Positions 23,975 through 28,931 of a DNA stretch of 28,931 nt are shown piece by piece (the first letter of the stretch is position 1; each line of letters opens with the position of its first letter). A model generated the notes under the pieces. That model searched no databases and had not been told where the DNA came from. It was given only the letters and a program-made list of their open reading frames with translations. Both the position numbers and the translations under genes were made by a program. Source of the DNA: a virus (Duplodnaviria; Caudoviricetes). The stretch lies in IMG/VR virus record IMGVR_UViG_3300017747_001382, positions 1 through 28,931 of that record. One strand, written 5' to 3'.

Positions 23975-24583
23975 TTAACCACCTACACAACTGGTTACGG
24001 TCAAAATGACCGAAGGAATCGCCGGAACTGGACTAGACGCAGCCACATACGGAATCGATACGTTTGTGCTATCCGCCGAATAGATCAGCTCAAAATAATC
24101 CCCGGCTCGAAGATTTAACACGAAATTCCACGCGGCGACAGCCCGCGCGTTACTTCCGTTAGCTAACGTTACGTTAGTGGCAGAATCGTCAACATCTACA
24201 CCATTAATTTGCGGCCAGATATAAATTTGTTTAATGCCGCCGCCCGATTCATGTAACTGCGCTGAAAATTGAAAATTGTAAGTTGCTGTATTATCTACAT
24301 AAATGCGCGATGTAACTGTAGAGTCGACATAAACGCCATAGACAAGTTCAGACCCATCGGCGCGAAGATAGGTTTTGTTAAACGTAATGGCGTAAGCCGT
24401 ATTAATTACGGCAGGCGTAAACGTTGTCGTAGAATAAAACGACCCGTAACGCCGCCCGGCTTCGACGGCGATGTAGGTGTTATAGAACCAGCGATACCAT
24501 TCGCGCGACACGAAGTTTGTCGCCAAGTCGACTATAGAAACGCGGGCCGCAGGGACAAGCGTATTGTTGGGTAAATTAGGCAT
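23975..24583 (-). CDS. Tail-associated protein with C1q/TNF-like beta domain (P22 gp26 position)
   Basis: SREWYRWF, YGSFYS, TYNFQFSAQL, WNFVLNLRAGDYFEL, PAIPSVILTV; lies between gp10 and the fibre. Confidence 0.65.
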   Translation of the reverse strand: MPNLPNNTLVPAARVSIVDLATNFVSREWYRWFYNTYIAVEAGRRYGSFYSTTTFTPAVINTAYAITFNKTYLRADGSELVYGVYVDSTVTSRIYVDNTATYNFQFSAQLHESGGGIKQIYIWPQINGVDVDDSATNVTLANGSNARAVAAWNFVLNLRAGDYFELIYSADSTNVSIPYVAASSPVPAIPSVILTVTSCVGG

Positions 24584-26303
24584 TGGTCGGATCCATTATG
24601 AGTTCAGCGCCCATAATGGCGATCTTGACCGGAGCCGTGCCAGACACTTCATATACGCGATCACGCAGTTTCAACGTCATACCGAGACGCCGCCAGATCG
24701 TGCGGTAGCCGTATTCGCCAATACGACCCATCGACTTCCAATGCTCGTTCGACCATGTATGGCCGCCATCGTCCGACCAGCGCAGCATGACCTGCGGATT
24801 AACGCCAGGCACAGGCAGCGCGCCTTGCGTGACGATATAATCGCCATCCTCAGTGATAAGGAACTCATTGTTTTCAGTGAGAAGATACGCGCCTTCAAGA
24901 TATGAATTATCTTCGCCGTTAGGACCGACGCCCGTTTCGCAGTCAAGCTGAAGGCTATGCTGCGTTGTGCGTTTGAGATTATTTTGGCCAGTAGGTATTG
25001 CGCGCCAAGATCGAAGCCACTTTTGAATTGACCCGGCTTCGGTATAGACCGTCGAATCATACGCAAACAAACCGCCACCGACGTAATCGCCAATGACGAT
25101 CTCATTGTTAAAGTTCATCTGGCAGTTGCCACGATGGCGCGTGAACTGGTTGTTTTCCCAGCCGGCGCGCTCATGCCAAACGCCCGTCGACACGTCGTAA
25201 ACCCATGTCGTATTTGCCGTTGGAAAGTTCAGCACATAGAAACTATGGCCATCCTGCTGATAGGTATATGCAACGGCGTCGTTAAGCGTCGAATATTGCT
25301 GGATCTGCCATTCGACGGCGTGCGTCGATATGCGCTCACCAGAATAGCCTTTAGAGCGGTAGACAATACCAAAACCGCGCGCGTCGCGGCCTAGCCAAAA
25401 CAAGCCGTTGTCGAGCTTGGCGACCGAATAGGCGGCAAGACAGCCAATTTCGTTAAACGCGCCCTGAATACGCGCAAGCGGAAAGTCGGGCGTGCCGGCG
25501 TCATACCAGACTTCGACCGTGTTAACGCCGAACAGCCAGATCTCGCGGTGATCGACAATCAACGTAACAAGATCGTCCGGCGAGCCTTCTGCGCTGGCGA
25601 ACGCGAGTGCGTCAATAGACAAGCCGTTATAAGATTCTGTCACCCAGAACCGCTGACTATTGGGTTCGTTAAAGACGAAATATCCATCTATAAAACCGAC
25701 GCCAACAGCGCCGGGGAAGTCCGGGTCGGTGATCTGGCTAAAGAACGGCGAAAACGTCAGATCGACCGTAGCTGACGCCGTAGCCGGAGCGGACAGTTCA
25801 AACGTCGTGACATTCGTAATGCTGGCGACTGTTGCGCCGGTAGGTATGCCCGCGCCCGTAACAGGCTGACCGACCCAGATTAGCGATGTGTCGTCAGTCG
25901 TTACCGTGGCGTCGCCGTTAACCGTTGTGCAGCTAAGAGTTACGTCATTATCGTTGTAAATATAGCCCGTAGCGCCCGCCGCTAGGAATAGCTGCGTGCC
26001 GTTATCGACCATGTTGACAGGGCCAGCGCCGGCGACGGTGCCAAGCTCGTGGTAGCTCCAATCCGTGTCGACGCGGTAGAGCTTAGTGCCGGCGACCGCG
26101 TAGCCATAGTCACCATACTGCCACAGCCCGCGCACGGGGCCAGTCGGAAACACGGCCAACTGCCGAAGACCTGGCGCACGTTGAAGCCATGCGGCCTCTT
26201 TGCCGCCTTCAGGTATGATTTCAGGAAAGATATTGACCATGCGGCTGTCGGCCGCATTGGGGCTCCGAAGGACGTAAGAAGACCCTAAGATCGGCGTCTT
26301 CAT
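24576..26303 (-). CDS. Packaged-DNA stabilization / tail hub protein (P22 gp10-like)
   Basis: IDGYFVF, FASAEGSPD, WLFGVNTVEVW, RISTHAVE, YQQDGHSFY, TWVYD...WHER, MLRWSDDGGHTW, WRRLG. Confidence 0.92.
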   Translation of the reverse strand: MKTPILGSSYVLRSPNAADSRMVNIFPEIIPEGGKEAAWLQRAPGLRQLAVFPTGPVRGLWQYGDYGYAVAGTKLYRVDTDWSYHELGTVAGAGPVNMVDNGTQLFLAAGATGYIYNDNDVTLSCTTVNGDATVTTDDTSLIWVGQPVTGAGIPTGATVASITNVTTFELSAPATASATVDLTFSPFFSQITDPDFPGAVGVGFIDGYFVFNEPNSQRFWVTESYNGLSIDALAFASAEGSPDDLVTLIVDHREIWLFGVNTVEVWYDAGTPDFPLARIQGAFNEIGCLAAYSVAKLDNGLFWLGRDARGFGIVYRSKGYSGERISTHAVEWQIQQYSTLNDAVAYTYQQDGHSFYVLNFPTANTTWVYDVSTGVWHERAGWENNQFTRHRGNCQMNFNNEIVIGDYVGGGLFAYDSTVYTEAGSIQKWLRSWRAIPTGQNNLKRTTQHSLQLDCETGVGPNGEDNSYLEGAYLLTENNEFLITEDGDYIVTQGALPVPGVNPQVMLRWSDDGGHTWSNEHWKSMGRIGEYGYRTIWRRLGMTLKLRDRVYEVSGTAPVKIAIMGAELIMDPTNA

Positions 26304-27013
26304 TAGTAGTTTCCGGCGTAAATATTATAGCGCTGACGCGTGCCGACGATACTGTAAGGCAGCGCCATGATGTCGTCGGGGTTGTTGATGCGCTTCAGAT
26401 TGCGCTTGCTATACATAGCGATGCGCTGCACTTGCGAGGAAGGCTCGACGCCAAACTCCGGGGCCATCTCACATGCCAGATTATAACGGAACGCGCGCAG
26501 ATAGCCCGGTGGGAAAGTAAGTTGCGTCGCCAGATTGGCGGCCTGCGTTAATTTTTCCACCGAAATGAAATGCCATTCCAGCAACCGCAACGGCACCGGA
26601 TAGATGACCATTTCGATGTCGGGGTAGGTCATATTTGTGAATATAACCTGCGGATATGTAGACGTGACAGTTTTGACGGCAATGCCGTCATACTGCTGCT
26701 GATTTATAAATTTGATTCCATAAGACACATTGGTCTGTGGATCGCGAAAATATGTCGCGTCATCCAGCAGAACAGGACGCAAGCCAACAAAATCACCTGT
26801 CGGGCCAAGCGACCGGCTACTTTAGCCGGGCGGCCACAGAAAGACTTGATCCTGAGTCGAAAAGACCGCTAGTCTCTCCGTGTCCCACGAGTCGATCATC
26901 TGGTTCAGGGCCGTCAACGCGTCCTGCGATGTCTCGGCTGAAGGCGTTTCGCCTTCCGCGAGGACGCCCAACAGTCTCAGGGCTCCGTTGATCTGATCGC
27001 CCGCTGTCGTCAT
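26303..27013 (-). pseudogene. Head-to-tail adaptor (P22 gp4-like, 236 codons) interrupted by an in-frame TAA at 26822-26824
   Basis: Track ORFs 26822..27013 and 26303..26782 are in one frame: MTTAGDQINGALRLLGV...DALTALNQMIDSW...LWPPG*SSRSLGPTGDFVGLRPVLLDD...PPGYLRAFRYNLACEMAPEFG. Confidence 0.75.
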
Positions 27014-27119
27014 TCGGATCGAACCTTTCCCAGCCGTTTTCTTCGTCGGCTTCAGCTTCCGCTTCTAGCGTAGCGATCTTAACGCCATGAACGTCGTGGC
27101 GCAAATAAATCATTGCCAT
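26817..27119 (-). CDS. Small conserved virion-region protein
   Basis: MIYLRHDVHGVKIA..EAEADEENGWERFD...GRPRGRR; AGGTG SD; its tail overlaps the gp4-like gene out of frame. Confidence 0.7.
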   Translation of the reverse strand: MAMIYLRHDVHGVKIATLEAEAEADEENGWERFDPNDDSGRSDQRSPETVGRPRGRRNAFSRDIAGRVDGPEPDDRLVGHGETSGLFDSGSSLSVAARLK

Positions 27120-27141
27120 TTTTCACCTATGGAAAGGGCCA

Positions 27142-27159
27142 GGCGGGCCGTAGCCCGCC
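27142..27159 (-). terminator. Stable hairpin with C(UACG)G loop; weak terminator or processing site
   Basis: Minus strand GGCGGGC-TACG-GCCCGCC after the 145-aa gene; poor U-tract. Confidence 0.45.
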
Positions 27160-27174
27160 CGTAGGAGTAAGATA

Positions 27175-27612
27175 TTAGGACGCCAGAAGCGGGACGGAAT
27201 ACCACGTCGTCGCGTCATAAGCCACCAGCAAGGATGACGTATAAGCCGCTAGGACATAGTTAGAGTCCGCCGTGATGGCGTTAACAGCGTCGCCCGACGC
27301 CGGCCAAACCTTTAGAACCGCGTTAGCATTGTTCTTCAGGATGACCGTGCGGCCAGCAACGGCCGCCGGGAGCTTGACGCCTTTGGTGCCGTCAGCGGCC
27401 GACACGAGCGTAAAGCCGTCCGATACGGAAGCCGCGTCAGACTGCGTGCTGCCCGTAGCGGCGACCGTGGCCGACTTGATATACAAGCCGCCAGTCGGCG
27501 TGATGTCCGTCGCAGAAACAGTGCCTCCACTGATCGTCGCGCCTGTGATGGTCGTGCCAGCCACAAGCTCGGGATCAGAGAAGGCAACACCGACAGGTTT
27601 AGTGTTAGGCAT
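27175..27612 (-). CDS. Putative head decoration/fibre protein (145 aa)
   Basis: AGGAG SD; Ala/Thr/Gly-rich beta protein (AADGTKGVKLP...LKVWPASGDAVN) downstream of the coat gene. Confidence 0.65.
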   Translation of the reverse strand: MPNTKPVGVAFSDPELVAGTTITGATISGGTVSATDITPTGGLYIKSATVAATGSTQSDAASVSDGFTLVSAADGTKGVKLPAAVAGRTVILKNNANAVLKVWPASGDAVNAITADSNYVLAAYTSSLLVAYDATTWYSVPLLAS

Positions 27613-27627
27613 TACCTTCTCCTAATG

Positions 27628-28110
27628 TTAGGCGATACGATAGATCGAATACGCCGCCGTGCCCGTTTTGCGGAAACGGAAGATCGCCGAAGACGCATTG
27701 GTCGTCGTCGCGTTGTCGATCAGAACCGCGCTGCCGACAATCGTGTTGCCCGTGCCAGCGCCAAACGTCACGTCGTTAGCCGCGTTGTCGCCAACATTGA
27801 TAAAGCTAACGTCAAACGCCGTGTTAACCGCAACGCTTGGGAAAGCCGCGTCGATAAGCGCGCCCGTCGGGAACGTGTAAGCGCCAGCGTCCGTGCCGCC
27901 CGCGTCAATCGTCACAATGCCGGTCGCCAGATTGGCGGCGGTGATCGTGACGGTCGCGCCGGTCAGATCGGCCGAAGCGGCCTGCGCGCGCATCAGAGGC
28001 TCGCCGCGAACGCCAGCGGAGAACTGATAGCCGCCCGTGCCCTGCGAAAGCGCCGGGTTCGGGCCAAAGGATTCGAGCGGATATGAAGCGCCCTGCGGAG
28101 TGATAGCCAT
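27628..28110 (-). CDS. Putative capsid decoration/cement protein (160 aa)
   Basis: AGGAG SD; Ala/Thr/Gly-rich; YTFPTG...FRFRKTG..YSIYR; directly after the coat gene. Confidence 0.65.
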   Translation of the reverse strand: MAITPQGASYPLESFGPNPALSQGTGGYQFSAGVRGEPLMRAQAASADLTGATVTITAANLATGIVTIDAGGTDAGAYTFPTGALIDAAFPSVAVNTAFDVSFINVGDNAANDVTFGAGTGNTIVGSAVLIDNATTTNASSAIFRFRKTGTAAYSIYRIA

Positions 28111-28133
28111 GATAGAAAGCTCCTATAAGTGAG

Positions 28134-28158
28134 AAAAAGATGGGGCCGAAGCCCCACC
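28134..28158 (-). terminator. Rho-independent terminator after the coat gene
   Basis: GGTGGGGC-TTCG-GCCCCATC then TTTTT on the minus strand. Confidence 0.85.
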
Positions 28159-28160
28159 TG

Positions 28161-28931
28161 TTAGCCCCAAAGACGAACCGCCATCTGCGGACGAATGACG
28201 CTGTAGCCATACAGAACGTCAATACGGCAGGGCAGTCGGTCGTTGTTGATGTCATACTGACGAACAACGCGGAGCGAAATACCGTTGTGAACCTGACGCG
28301 ACGCCATGTCGACGCCCTGCGGCAGCAGAAGGTCGGCGGTGGCGAACGCAATCGCGTCCTTGTGGTAGATCAGGTTCTGCGGATACTGCGTCGAGGCAGC
28401 GCCGAGGAACGTAACGCCCGCAGAAGCGACCGGCAGAGCGTCAACCGTGGCGAGAGCCTGCGAAGCCGAATACATCGCCGGGACAGTGACCGTGGCGGTC
28501 GTCGACGCCGTAACGTCGGCCAGAGCCACGAACTGATACAGCGAGCCGGTCGACTCACGGGTCTGCGGGTTGACGGCGTAGACGTTCGCGATGGTGAACA
28601 CGTCGCCGGCCTTGATCGTCGTGGAGCCAAGGCCCGTCAGAACGATGGAGGTCGAGCCTTCGGTCGTAACCGACGTGCTAACCGTCACGGTGCCCGCGCG
28701 CGAGCCGGTCGTGAACTGCTTGACCGACTGCGACATATTCAGCTCGTCATAGCCGAGGATGCCTTCGCCAAAGATGCCGTTCTTAAACTGCTTCGAGATA
28801 GCCGAAACAGGGTTGAACAGACCTTTCATGCCTTCGATCAGCGACGCGTTGGCGGCCGGGTTGACCGTCGCGTAGCGCGGCGACATGACAGCGGCGTTCT
28901 CGTTCAGCTTCTGCTGCGCCTGCAACAGAAC
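28161..28931 (-). CDS. Major capsid protein, P22 gp5-like (C-terminal part; runs off the right edge)
   Basis: AGDVFTIANVYAVNP, NLIYHKDAIAFATADL, GISLRVVRQYD...CRIDVLYG...RP; followed by a UUCG terminator. Confidence 0.92.
   Translation of the reverse strand, partial: VLLQAQQKLNENAAVMSPRYATVNPAANASLIEGMKGLFNPVSAISKQFKNGIFGEGILGYDELNMSQSVKQFTTGSRAGTVTVSTSVTTEGSTSIVLTGLGSTTIKAGDVFTIANVYAVNPQTRESTGSLYQFVALADVTASTTATVTVPAMYSASQALATVDALPVASAGVTFLGAASTQYPQNLIYHKDAIAFATADLLLPQGVDMASRQVHNGISLRVVRQYDINNDRLPCRIDVLYGYSVIRPQMAVRLWG

Noticed and set aside
26817-26830. Programmed +1 frameshift from the 100-aa ORF into the gp4-like C-terminus
   Set aside because: It would omit the conserved-looking gp4 N-terminal helices encoded at 26825-27013; one in-frame stop is the simpler reading.
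16831-28931. Genome-wide stop-codon reassignment
   Set aside because: TAA, TGA and TAG all end genes at coupled junctions, long ORFs are intact in the standard code, and no tRNA was recognised.
1-28931. Integrated prophage boundaries, att sites, integrase or repressor
   Set aside because: No host genes or recombinase in the window and both edges fall inside phage genes, so lifestyle cannot be determined here.

Overview
This window is about 29 kb of a tailed dsDNA phage with P22-like (podovirus-type) morphogenesis genes. An alphaproteobacterial host is inferred from gene style, not shown. Left to right: the N-terminal part of the terminase large subunit and the small subunit (-); a ~520-bp non-coding control region with 8-bp iterons, palindromes, G-runs, a DnaA box and divergent sigma70-like promoters; small early ORFs (+), one with a DnaA domain-IV-like fold; a leftward replication operon (DUF2800/Cas4-like nuclease, SSB-like protein, DnaA-IV/LuxR-HTH protein, six paralogous coiled-coil ORFs, family A DNA polymerase, RepB-type primase-SF3 helicase); a rightward block (VRR-NUC, SNF2 helicase, HNH-AP2, DUF6378-like); and a leftward late operon (coat C-terminus, decoration proteins, gp4-like adaptor, gp10-like hub, tail fibre, three ejection proteins, GH108 lysis cassette). 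No integrase, repressor, tRNA or CRISPR is visible. The main oddities are two virion genes each interrupted by one in-frame TAA, an apparent i-spanin C-terminus in frame behind the holin stop, an unannotated small lipoprotein, a repeat-linked gene array, a candidate bidirectional origin and a candidate anti-SD sRNA. All family assignments come from motif recognition, not database searches.
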